A stretch of DNA of 64,000 nucleotides, from NCBI GenBank assembly GCA_963768765.1, contig CAVYJK010000032.1, positions 106,318 through 170,317 on the forward strand, given 5' to 3'. Both the position numbers and the translations under genes were made by a program. The notes under the pieces are model-generated. The model saw only the letters and a list, made by a program, of their open reading frames with translations. It searched no databases and was not told the DNA's origin. The stretch is from an uncultured delta proteobacterium. GTDB taxonomy: Bacteria; Desulfobacterota; Desulfobaccia; Desulfobaccales; 0-14-0-80-60-11. Shown in pieces: positions 8,797 to 16,770 of this stretch (positions are counted from its first letter, which is position 1; each line of letters starts with the position of its first letter).

Positions 8797-8858
8797 AAAA
8801 ATGCCAAATTTGATAACGTTTCTTGCACTTGTTTAGAATATAAGGACGCTTCCATCTG

Positions 8859-10428
8859 ATGCGCGCCACCTTCACCACTGCCGAGATTCTGGCCGCCACC
8901 GGCGGGACCCTGGTCCAGGACGGGGCCTGGAATACCTGCTGCGGGGTCAGCACCGACTCCCGCACCTGCCAGGCCGGGGAGCTCTTCATCCCGCTGAGCG
9001 GGCGAACGCCACGACGGCCACGAGTTCATCCCCGGGGCCTTGCGCCGGGGGGCGCGAGGAGTGTTGGTGGAGGAGAGCTGGTGTCTGGGGAAGGGGGCCA
9101 GGGGCCGAGGGCCCCACTTACAATCTCCCCCAGACCCACACTCCCAACCCCTTACGGGAAATAGTAGGGGCACGGCGGGCCGTGCCCACCTTGGTCTGCC
9201 CCGCGAAGTAACGGTCATCTCCGTTCTCGACGGCCTTGCCGCCTTAGGAGATTTAGCCCGGGCCTGGCGGGACCGCTTCCAGGTGCCGGTGGTGGCCATC
9301 ACCGGCAGCTGCGGCAAGACCACTACCAAGGAGATGATCGGCGCGGTGCTCTCCCGGTCCTACCGGGTTTTGAAGAACCGGCTGAATCTGAACAACCTCA
9401 TCGGCATGCCCCTGACCCTGCTGGGCCTGGAGGGCAGCCACGAGGCCGCGGTGGTGGAGATGGGCATGAACGCCTTCGGGGAGATCCGCCGGCTGACCCA
9501 AATCGCCGCCCCCACCCTGGGCGTCCTCACCAACGTCCATGCGGCCCACACCGAGGGGGTGGGGGACGTCTCTGGGGTGGCCCGGGCCAAGGGGGAGCTG
9601 GCCGCGGCCCTGGATCACGGCGCCCGCCTGGTTTACAATGCCGATGACCCGTGGCTGGCGTCCCTGGCCGGGAATTTCCCGGGGCCGGCCCTGGGATTCG
9701 GCCTGGCCCCCGGGGCCGGACTCAGGGCCACGGGCCGTCGGACCCTGGAGGGGCTGGGCCAGATGGCCAATCTCCATTTTCAGGGGCGCAGCTGGCCCTT
9801 GAAGCTGTCCGTCCCGGGGCTGCACATGCTGTACAACGCCCTGGCCGCCACCGCGGTGGGGCTGTCCCTGGGGCTGACTCCGAAGGAGACGGCCGCGGCC
9901 CTGGCGGAGTTTCAGCCCATTCACCGGCGCTCCCAGGTGGTCACCCTGAACTCCGGGGTCCACCTCCTCAACGACTGCTACAACGCCAATCCCGGTTCCA
10001 TGGCCATGGCCTTGAAGACCCTGAACGAACTGCGGGGCCGGGGGCGGGCCGCCGCGGCCCTGGCCGACATGCTGGAGCTGGGAGACGCCGCGGCCGCGGA
10101 GCATCGGGAATTGGGCCGGGTGGCGGCCAGTTCGGGGCTGGACCTCCTGGTCGTCTGCGGCAATTTCCGCGGGGAGGTGGCCGCGGGGGCAAAGGAAGCC
10201 GGGCTGGCGCCCCCGCGCCTCGTGGAGGTTTCGAGCCGGGCCGAAGGGGCCAAAGTTTTAAAGGAATTTTTGCAGCCGGGGGACTGGCTCCTGGTGAAAG
10301 GCTCCCGCAGCATGCACATGGAGGGTCTCATCGCCGCCCTGGAGGAAGAGCGTAGGGGCCGGTTGAAACCCGCCCCTACATCGGCTATAACAAGTGCCAT
10401 TAGGGTGCGCCGTGCGCACCCTGCTTAA
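8859..10428 (+). CDS. murF: UDP-N-acetylmuramoyl-tripeptide--D-alanyl-D-alanine ligase MurF; +1 frameshift near 9000-9003, in-frame repeat insertion and repeat-derived tail
   Basis: N-terminal MRATFTTAEILAATGG..ELFIPLSG (frame 1) continues as ERHDGHEFIPGALRRGARGVLVEE in the frame of ORF 9040..10428. AITGSCGKTTTKEM P-loop. Length is 1570 nt (mod 3 = 1). Confidence 0.85.
9087..9187. repeat. C-type palindromic repeat plus GGGCACGGC/GCCGTGCCC hairpin, located inside the murF reading frame
   Basis: 9087-9157 aligns with 756-828 and 37747-37817 (..CCACTTACAATC.CCCCC..CCCAACCCCTTA..). Hairpin at 9168-9187. It is translated in frame as CLGKGARGRGPHLQSPPDPHSQPLTGNSRGTAGRAHLGLPRE. Confidence 0.8.
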
Positions 10429-10455
10429 GCACAGGCGGGACGCCTGTGCCACCAG
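10352..10455. repeat. cluster of three short palindromic hairpins at the murF 3' end
   Basis: GTAGGGGCCGGTTGAAACCCGCCCCTAC (10352-10379; relatives at 36759-36784 and 60681-60730). AGGGTGCGCcgtGCGCACCCT (10402-10422). GCACAGGCGGGACGCCTGTGCCACCAG (10429-10455; near-identical at 23598-23623). Confidence 0.8.
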
Positions 10456-10535
10456 TTAATCAAGACTTTTTGCAATAAAGGTAATGCAAAATGACGGCGT
10501 CGGGCCAACTGTGCCCAACTGGGGGAAAGATTTAG

Positions 10536-11617
10536 TTGCTCTACCACCTCTTATATCCATTAAAGACGGTCTTCGGCGGCTTCAACGTCTTCCGCTACAT
10601 CACCTTCCGGACCATCTTCGCCATTCTCACCGCGCTCATCATCTCCCTGGTGGTAGGAGGCTGGTTCATCCGCAAGCTCAAGGAGTTGCAGGTGGGCCAG
10701 TACGTGCGGGATGACGGCCCCCAGTCCCACTTCTGTAAGTCCGGCACCCCCACCATGGGCGGCCTGATGATCATCTTTGCCATCATGGCCGCCACCCTGC
10801 TCTGGGCCGAGTTGACCAACCCCTATATCTGGCTGCTGATGCTGGTGACCGTCGGCTTCGGCCTCATCGGTTTTTATGACGACTATCTCAAGGTGATCAA
10901 AAAACACAACAAAGGCCTCTCCGGCCGGCAAAAGCTGGTGGTCCAGGCCCTGGTGGCCCTGGCCCCGGCCGTCTGGTTCTACGTCAATCCGGCCTTCGAC
11001 ACCACCCTGACCATCCCGTTTTTCAAGACGGTGCATCCCGACCTCGGATGGTTCTTTATTCCCTTTGCGGTCTTTGTCATCGTGGGGACCGCCAACGCGG
11101 TGAACCTCACCGACGGTCTGGACGGGCTGGCCATCGGCCCGGTGACCATCGCCGCGGTTTTCTACATGATCTTCTGTTACCTGGCCGGCAACTTCAAGAC
11201 CGCCGCCTATCTGCAAATCCCCTACGTGCGGGGGGTGGGGGAGCTGTCCATCTTCCTGGGGGCCCTGGTGGGCGCGGGAGTGGGTTTCCTCTGGTTCAAC
11301 GCCTATCCGGCCCAAGTCTTTATGGGAGACGTGGGGGCCCTGGCCCTGGGGGGCATTCTGGGAACCGTGGCCCTGGCCACCAAGCAGGAGATCCTGCTGG
11401 CCATCGTGGGCGGCCTCTTTGTGGTGGAAGCCCTGTCGGTCATTTTGCAGGTGGGCTTCTTCAAGGTTAGTCCAACGGCCGCCGCATCTTCCGCATGGCC
11501 CCGCTGCACCATCATTTCGAACTTAAAGGCTGGCCCGAACCCAAGGTCATCGTGCGCTTCTGGATCATCGCCATCATCCTGGGGCTGGTGTCGTTAAGCG
11601 CCCTGAAGCTGCGTTAG
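10536..11617 (+). CDS. mraY: phospho-N-acetylmuramoyl-pentapeptide-transferase MraY, frameshifted near 11468-11477 as sequenced
   Basis: [23 protein letters not shown].. The listed ORF tail is out of frame. The conserved C-terminus [36 protein letters not shown] is read in another frame and ends at 11617. Length mod 3 = 2. Confidence 0.85.
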
Positions 11618-11776
11618 TCTTAGTCCTTCTCCGGTGGTCGGAGAAGATTGGGGAGATGTGGGGGGACCTATAACCTGATAAGCGGGATGTTTCCGCACCT
11701 GACCCTTCCCGGGGCCCAGGCCCCGGGAAGGCCGCACCCAACAAGGTCCGCCAGGGGAGTTTAGCTACCAAATAAG

Positions 11777-13135
11777 ATGGACTTTTCGGATAAAAATATT
11801 CTGGTGGTAGGCCTGGCCTGCACCGGGGCGGCCCTGTGCCGCTTTCTGGCCGGCGCCGGGGCCCGGGTCACGGTCACCGACACCGCCCCGGCCGCGGACC
11901 TGGCGGATCGGCGCCGGGAAATCGCCGCTTGCGGGGTGACGGAAGAACTGGGAGTGCCCCAACCCCGGTGGCAGGGTTACGACCTCATAGTGCTGAGCCC
12001 CGGGGTGCCGCCGGAGCTTCCCTGGCTCGAAGAGGCCAGGGCCGCCGGCATCCCGGTGGTGGGCGAGCTGGAGGTGGCCGCCCCTTTCATCCGGCGGCGT
12101 CTCATCGCGGTGAGCGGCACCAACGGCAAAACCACCACCACCACCCTGGTGGGGGAACTGCTGGCGGCCTCGGGCTCGAGGCCCCTGGTGGGCGGCAACA
12201 TCGGCACCCCGGCCCTGGACCTGCTCTCCCGGCAGGAGGAAGCGGACCTCCTGGTCCTGGAGGTGAGCAGCTTTCAGCTGGACACTGCTCCCAGCTTCCA
12301 CCCCCAGGCCGCCGCCCTGCTCAACCTCACCCCGGACCACCTGGACCGCTACCCCGACTTCCGCGGTTATATCGCCTCCAAGGCCGGCCTCTTCCGGCGC
12401 CAGGGGGAGGCCGACCTCCGGGTCCTGAACGCCGACGACCCCCAGGTGGCGGCCCTGGGTCAGGGCGCCGGCCGAGTCTATTATTTTTCCGCCAGCCGCG
12501 CCTTGCCGGAGGGGGCCTGGCTGGAGAACGGCGCCCTGAGGGTGCGGCTTCCGGGCCGCCCGGCAGAGGTCTTTCCCCTGGAGCACATCCGGCTACCAGG
12601 CCGGCACAACCTGGAAAATGTCATGGCGGCCCTGCTTCTGGCCCTGGACGCCGGGGCGGAGCCCCAGGCCTGCCGCCGGGTGCTGGCCTCTTTTAAGGGG
12701 TTGCCCCACCGGCTGGAGCGGGTGGCGGAGATCGGCGGGGTGGAGTTTTACGACGATTCCAAGGGCACCAACGTGGGGGCGGTGGCCTGCTCCCTGGCCC
12801 ACTTCCACCAGCCGGTGATCCTCATCGCCGGGGGCCGGAATAAGGCCAGCGACTTTTCCATGCTCTCGGACCTCATCCGGGAGCGGGTCAAGGCCCTGGT
12901 GTTGCTGGGGGAGACCCGAGACCTGCTGGCCCGGGTCTGGGCGGGTCTGGCGCCCATCCACCTGGCCGCCGACCTGACGGACGCGGTACTCCAGGCCTGG
13001 GAGATCGCCCGGCCCGGGGAGGTGGTGCTCCTGTCCCCGGCCTGCGCCAGCTTTGATATGTTCCGGGACTATGCGCATCGCGGCCAAGTCTTTCAGGCAA
13101 TCGTGGGGGAGCTCGAAGATGCAGAGCGAGGCTGA
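11777..13135 (+). CDS. murD: UDP-N-acetylmuramoylalanine--D-glutamate ligase MurD
   Basis: ILVVGLACTGAA Rossmann N-terminus, VSGTNGKTTTTTL P-loop, and dcw position. Confidence 0.9.
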   Translation: MDFSDKNILVVGLACTGAALCRFLAGAGARVTVTDTAPAADLADRRREIAACGVTEELGVPQPRWQGYDLIVLSPGVPPELPWLEEARAAGIPVVGELEVAAPFIRRRLIAVSGTNGKTTTTTLVGELLAASGSRPLVGGNIGTPALDLLSRQEEADLLVLEVSSFQLDTAPSFHPQAAALLNLTPDHLDRYPDFRGYIASKAGLFRRQGEADLRVLNADDPQVAALGQGAGRVYYFSASRALPEGAWLENGALRVRLPGRPAEVFPLEHIRLPGRHNLENVMAALLLALDAGAEPQACRRVLASFKGLPHRLERVAEIGGVEFYDDSKGTNVGAVACSLAHFHQPVILIAGGRNKASDFSMLSDLIRERVKALVLLGETRDLLARVWAGLAPIHLAADLTDAVLQAWEIARPGEVVLLSPACASFDMFRDYAHRGQVFQAIVGELEDAERG

Positions 13136-14303
13136 AGCGCAGAGCGCGGCGCCGCAGCATTACGACCAGATCCTGATGGTCAGCACCTTTTCCCTGGTGG
13201 CCCTGGGGATGGCCATGATTTTCATCGCCAGCAACGTCATGGCCCAGAGCCAGTACAACGACCCTTATTACTTCGTCAAGCGCCAGGGGATCTACGTCCT
13301 CTTAGGCATCGGGGCCCTGTTCCTGGGGCGCACCATCAACTACCAGAATTACAAGCGCTGGGCTTATCACATCTTGTTCCTCAGCCTCCTCTCCCTGGTC
13401 CTGGTATTTGTGCCGGGCGTCGGCGGCAAAGTCCGGGGCGCGGCCCGCTGGCTGCGGTTGGGGCCCCTCACCTTACAGCCTTCGGAGTTCGCCAAGCTGG
13501 CCATAGCCCTGTTCATGGCCTACTCGCTGGCCCGGAAACAGGAAAAGATGAAGTATTTCGCCATCGGTTTTTTGCCCCACATGGTCGTGGCCGGGGTCTT
13601 CATCGCCCTCATCGGCAAGGAGCCGGACTTCGGCACCGCCATCACCCTGGCGGCCATCGTGTTCACCATGCTCTTCGTGGGCGGCACCCGCCTCACCCAC
13701 ATTCTCCTGGCCCTTTCCGGGGGCGTCTGTCTGGCCGTCATGCTGGTGCTCAGAGACCCCAAGAAATATGACCGCATCCTCTCTTTCCTGGATCCCTGGA
13801 AGCATGGCCAGGACGTGGGCTACCAGCTGAAGCAGTCGCTTTTGGCCATCGGCTCCGGGGGGCTGTTGGGGCTGGGGCCGGGCCAGAGCAAGGCCAAGCT
13901 CTTCTACCTGCCGGACGCCCACACCGACTTCATCCTGTCCATCTTCAGCGAGGAGATGGGCTTCCTGGGGGTCCTCCTGGTGCTGGCCCTGTTTACCATC
14001 GTGGTCTCCCGGGGCATCTGGCTGAGCCTCAAGGCCCCGGACAGTTTCGGTTCCTACCTGGCCCTGGGCCTGACCTTGCTCATCGGGCTGCCCGCGGTCA
14101 TCAACCTGGGGGTGGTGAGCGGCATCTTTCCCACCAAGGGCCTGTCGCTGCCCTTTCTCAGCTACGGGGGCTCGGGGCTCTTGGTCAACCTCCTGGCGGT
14201 GGGGATTCTGCTGAACATCAGCAGTCAAATCAAGCGGCCGGCGGGTCCGCCTGCGGCCCGGCCGGCGTCCCCACCGGCGGCGTCGCCCTCTTCGGAGAGC
14301 TGA
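13119..14303 (+). CDS. ftsW: peptidoglycan glycosyltransferase FtsW (SEDS family)
   Basis: Multi-TM protein with the SEDS motifs ..LQPSEFAKLA.., ..PDAHTDFI.. and ..GLSLPFLSYGGS... ATG at 13119 overlaps the murD end. Confidence 0.9.
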   Translation: MQSEAEAQSAAPQHYDQILMVSTFSLVALGMAMIFIASNVMAQSQYNDPYYFVKRQGIYVLLGIGALFLGRTINYQNYKRWAYHILFLSLLSLVLVFVPGVGGKVRGAARWLRLGPLTLQPSEFAKLAIALFMAYSLARKQEKMKYFAIGFLPHMVVAGVFIALIGKEPDFGTAITLAAIVFTMLFVGGTRLTHILLALSGGVCLAVMLVLRDPKKYDRILSFLDPWKHGQDVGYQLKQSLLAIGSGGLLGLGPGQSKAKLFYLPDAHTDFILSIFSEEMGFLGVLLVLALFTIVVSRGIWLSLKAPDSFGSYLALGLTLLIGLPAVINLGVVSGIFPTKGLSLPFLSYGGSGLLVNLLAVGILLNISSQIKRPAGPPAARPASPPAASPSSES

Positions 14304-14410
14304 GGTGGGTGAAGGTATCCGGGGCCGTCGAGTGGAGGGTTTTCAAGACCCAGCAGCAAGGAAGCTGGTCCTTGCTTGAAAAAAATGGGTTATGATAATC
14401 GAGACTGAAT

Positions 14411-14504
14411 TATCCCCCCCCTTTATAAAGGGGGGATAGGGGAGATTTTCTCTAAACCCTCCAAATCCCCCTAAATCCCCCTTTAGAACAGGGGGACTTT
14501 CGAG
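14411..14504 (+). repeat. double-hairpin C/G-run element (copy 1)
   Basis: CCCCCC-tttataaa-GGGGGG (14416-14435) and TCCCCC-tttagaaca-GGGGGA (14476-14496). Collinear homolog at 21676-21768. Confidence 0.85.
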
Positions 14505-14593
14505 TTACCGGTTAAATTGGCCGACCTTCCTGTCTTAGGCCGATTTAAGCGTATCCGAGTAAGCCCCTCGAAGGGGGGAACCAGGGGAATCCC

Positions 14594-15688
14594 ATGGATC
14601 TCAGGGTGGTAATCGCCTCAGGCGGCACCGGGGGCCATCTCTTCCCCGGCATCGCCGTGGCCCGGGAATTCCAGGCCACGGAGGGCGCCACCGTCACCTT
14701 CCTCACCACCCCCAAGGCCGTCTCCACCCGGATCCTGGAACACCACGGGTTCCCCTGGGAAGCCATGGAGAGCCGGGCCCTGAAAGGGGAAGGGCTCTGG
14801 GCCCGGCTGCGCGCCCTGTTGAGCCTGCCGGGCGGCGTGCTCCGGGCCCGCCGGCGCCTGAAGATCCTGAACCCCCACCTGGTGCTGGGCATGGGGGGCC
14901 ACACCTCGGGGCCCGTGGGGGTGGCGGCCTGGACCCTAAGGATTCCCCTGGCCCTGCACGAGCAAAACGCCATCCTCGGGGCCACCAACCGCTATTTGGC
15001 CCGCCTGGCCGGCCGGGTGTTCGTGTCGTTCCCCGAGACCATGAGTTATCTATCTCCCGGCCTTTCGGTCTGGACCGGCAACCCCATCCGGGAGGAATTC
15101 TTTCAGCCGCGCCCGCCCCGGCCACCGGAGCCCTTCACCGTGCTGGTCACCGGCGGCAGCCAGGGGGCCCACCATTTGAACGTGGAGGTCCTGGCGGCGC
15201 TGCCAAAGCTTACGGACCTGAAGGAGAAGCTGCACTTTCTGCACCTCCCCGGGGAGGCGGATCGGGAACAGGTGGAGGCGGGCTATCGTGAGAATGGCTT
15301 TGCCGCGGAGGTGATGGCCTTCTCGCCCGAGATGCCGGAGTTGATGGCCCGGGCCCATCTGATCGTCTGCCGGGCCGGGGCCTCCACCCTGGCGGAGTTC
15401 GCCGCGGTGGGCCGCGCCGCCTTGCTCGTGCCCTACCCTTTTGCGGCCAACAACCACCAGGAGCACAACGCCCGGTTCCTCATGGAGGCCGGGGCCGCAG
15501 AGCTGATTCTAAATAAAGAATTTACCGGAGAGCTATTCGCTGGTAAGATACGGCAGTTCCTGGAGCAGCCCGAAACCCTGAAACGCATGGAGGAGGCGTC
15601 CCGCCGCCTGGCCAGGCCCCACGCCGCCCGGGACATCGTCCAGGGGTGTTTGGAGCTTATTGGGGTAAATTTAGCACAAGCACAATAG
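14594..15688 (+). CDS. murG: UDP-N-acetylglucosamine--N-acetylmuramyl-(pentapeptide) pyrophosphoryl-undecaprenol GlcNAc transferase MurG
   Basis: IASGGTGGHLFPGIAVA N-terminus, ..VTGGSQGA.., ..CRAGASTLAE... Confidence 0.9.
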   Translation: MDLRVVIASGGTGGHLFPGIAVAREFQATEGATVTFLTTPKAVSTRILEHHGFPWEAMESRALKGEGLWARLRALLSLPGGVLRARRRLKILNPHLVLGMGGHTSGPVGVAAWTLRIPLALHEQNAILGATNRYLARLAGRVFVSFPETMSYLSPGLSVWTGNPIREEFFQPRPPRPPEPFTVLVTGGSQGAHHLNVEVLAALPKLTDLKEKLHFLHLPGEADREQVEAGYRENGFAAEVMAFSPEMPELMARAHLIVCRAGASTLAEFAAVGRAALLVPYPFAANNHQEHNARFLMEAGAAELILNKEFTGELFAGKIRQFLEQPETLKRMEEASRRLARPHAARDIVQGCLELIGVNLAQAQ

Positions 15689-15760
15689 CTTATTGAGAAG
15701 TTTATAAGAGGTTAAGTTTAATTATTAATCCGAGTATCAAATAGATGGCTTCTTTTAACT

Positions 15761-16182
15761 CCCTCCCCCTTGATGGGGGAGGGTTGGGGTGGGGGTGGCG
15801 AAAAAAATTAGGGATAGAACGACCAAGATTTCAAGGGTCATAAGAAAGAGGGCAACCGACGCCGAAAATCGTCTTTGGTATCATCTGAAAGGCAAGCAAT
15901 TAGAGGGTGTAAAGTTTAGAAGACAAGAGCCCATCGGCAATTTTATTGTTGATTTCGTCGCCTTTGAAAAACGCCTTGTTATAGAAATAGACGGCGCTCA
16001 ACACGCCGAAGAAAATGAAAAAGACCAGGACATGCGGCGAGATGAGTGGCTCAATAGCCAGGGATTCAGGGTAGTAAGGTTTTGGAATAATGAAGTTCTG
16101 CAGAATCTGGAAGGGGTGCTGGAAACGATTAGAACCAACTGCTTACGCCACCCTCCCCTGACCCCTCCCATCAAGGGAGGGG
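15761..16182 (+). mobile_element. candidate TIR-bounded unit carrying the DUF559 endonuclease gene
   Basis: The left repeat is CCCTCCCCCTTGATGGGGGAGGGTTGGGGTGGGGGTG (15761-15797). Its reverse complement is CACCCCCACCCCAACCCTCCCCCATCAAGGGGGAGGG. That matches the right end CCACCCTCCCCTGACCCCTCCCATCAAGGGAGGGG (16148-16182). No transposase is present, so mobility is inferred only. Confidence 0.45.
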
Positions 16183-16190
16183 AAAAATAA
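15789..16190 (+). CDS. DUF559 (Vsr-like, PD-(D/E)xK-fold) endonuclease-domain protein
   Basis: RATDAENRLWYHLKGKQLEGVKFRRQEPIGNFIVDFVAFEKRLVIEIDGAQH..GFRVVRFWNNEV is the classic DUF559 pattern. Both ORF ends lie within the inverted repeats. Visibly AT-richer than the flanks. The start may be GTG at 15795. Confidence 0.8.
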   Translation: MGVAKKIRDRTTKISRVIRKRATDAENRLWYHLKGKQLEGVKFRRQEPIGNFIVDFVAFEKRLVIEIDGAQHAEENEKDQDMRRDEWLNSQGFRVVRFWNNEVLQNLEGVLETIRTNCLRHPPLTPPIKGGEK

Positions 16191-16269
16191 AGAGCACTAC
16201 TAAATTTTGAGTTTGGTTGCTCAAAAGTTCTTTTAATGTCAATCTTAGATAATCATGAGAGCTTTTCTT

Positions 16270-16306
16270 CCCTCCCCCTCGATGGGGGAGGGTAAGGGTG
16301 GGGGTG
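16270..16306 (+). repeat. third L-type repeat copy, immediately upstream of the EVE gene
   Basis: CCCTCCCCCTCGATGGGGGAGGGTAAGGGTGGGGGTG, in the same orientation as 15761-15797. It ends 4 nt before the ATG at 16311. Confidence 0.85.
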
Positions 16307-16310
16307 AAGG

Positions 16311-16748
16311 ATGGCCTTTTGGATTTTCAAAAGTAATCCTGATCTTTTCAAATTAGATGAACGGTTGCAAGATCCTGAACCTCTAACGACCTGGAAAGTT
16401 TCACGATACAGAGATAAGATTCATACTGGAGATATAGCTTTTATCTGGCGCACAGGTTCTAAGCGAGGAATCGTCGCTGTTATGGAAATTACGAGTAAAC
16501 CTTTTGAGATGTATGAACTAGATCATGAACAAAAATACTGGGAAATTCCCGACACTAAATTAATTTTCCGTGTTCTTGGTACCTTCAAGCATCGTAATTT
16601 TCCTTGGATTTCTTATCGGAAATTAAAACAAATTCCAGAACTTCAGAATTTATCTACATTCCATGGTTTTCAGAAAAACACCACCTTTCCCGTTACAGAG
16701 CCAGAAGGCATGATATTGATGAAACTTATCGAATCGACATCAACATAA
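16311..16748 (+). CDS. EVE (PUA-like) domain protein
   Basis: MAFWIFKSNPDLFKLDE..W.VSRYRDKIHTGDIAFIWRTGSKRGIVAVMEITS..FPVTEPEGMILMKLI fits the EVE/PUA-like pattern. One of the most AT-rich stretches of the dcw region. Confidence 0.65.
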   Translation: MAFWIFKSNPDLFKLDERLQDPEPLTTWKVSRYRDKIHTGDIAFIWRTGSKRGIVAVMEITSKPFEMYELDHEQKYWEIPDTKLIFRVLGTFKHRNFPWISYRKLKQIPELQNLSTFHGFQKNTTFPVTEPEGMILMKLIESTST

Positions 16749-16770
16749 TAATTTTAAATATTTTAAAGAA

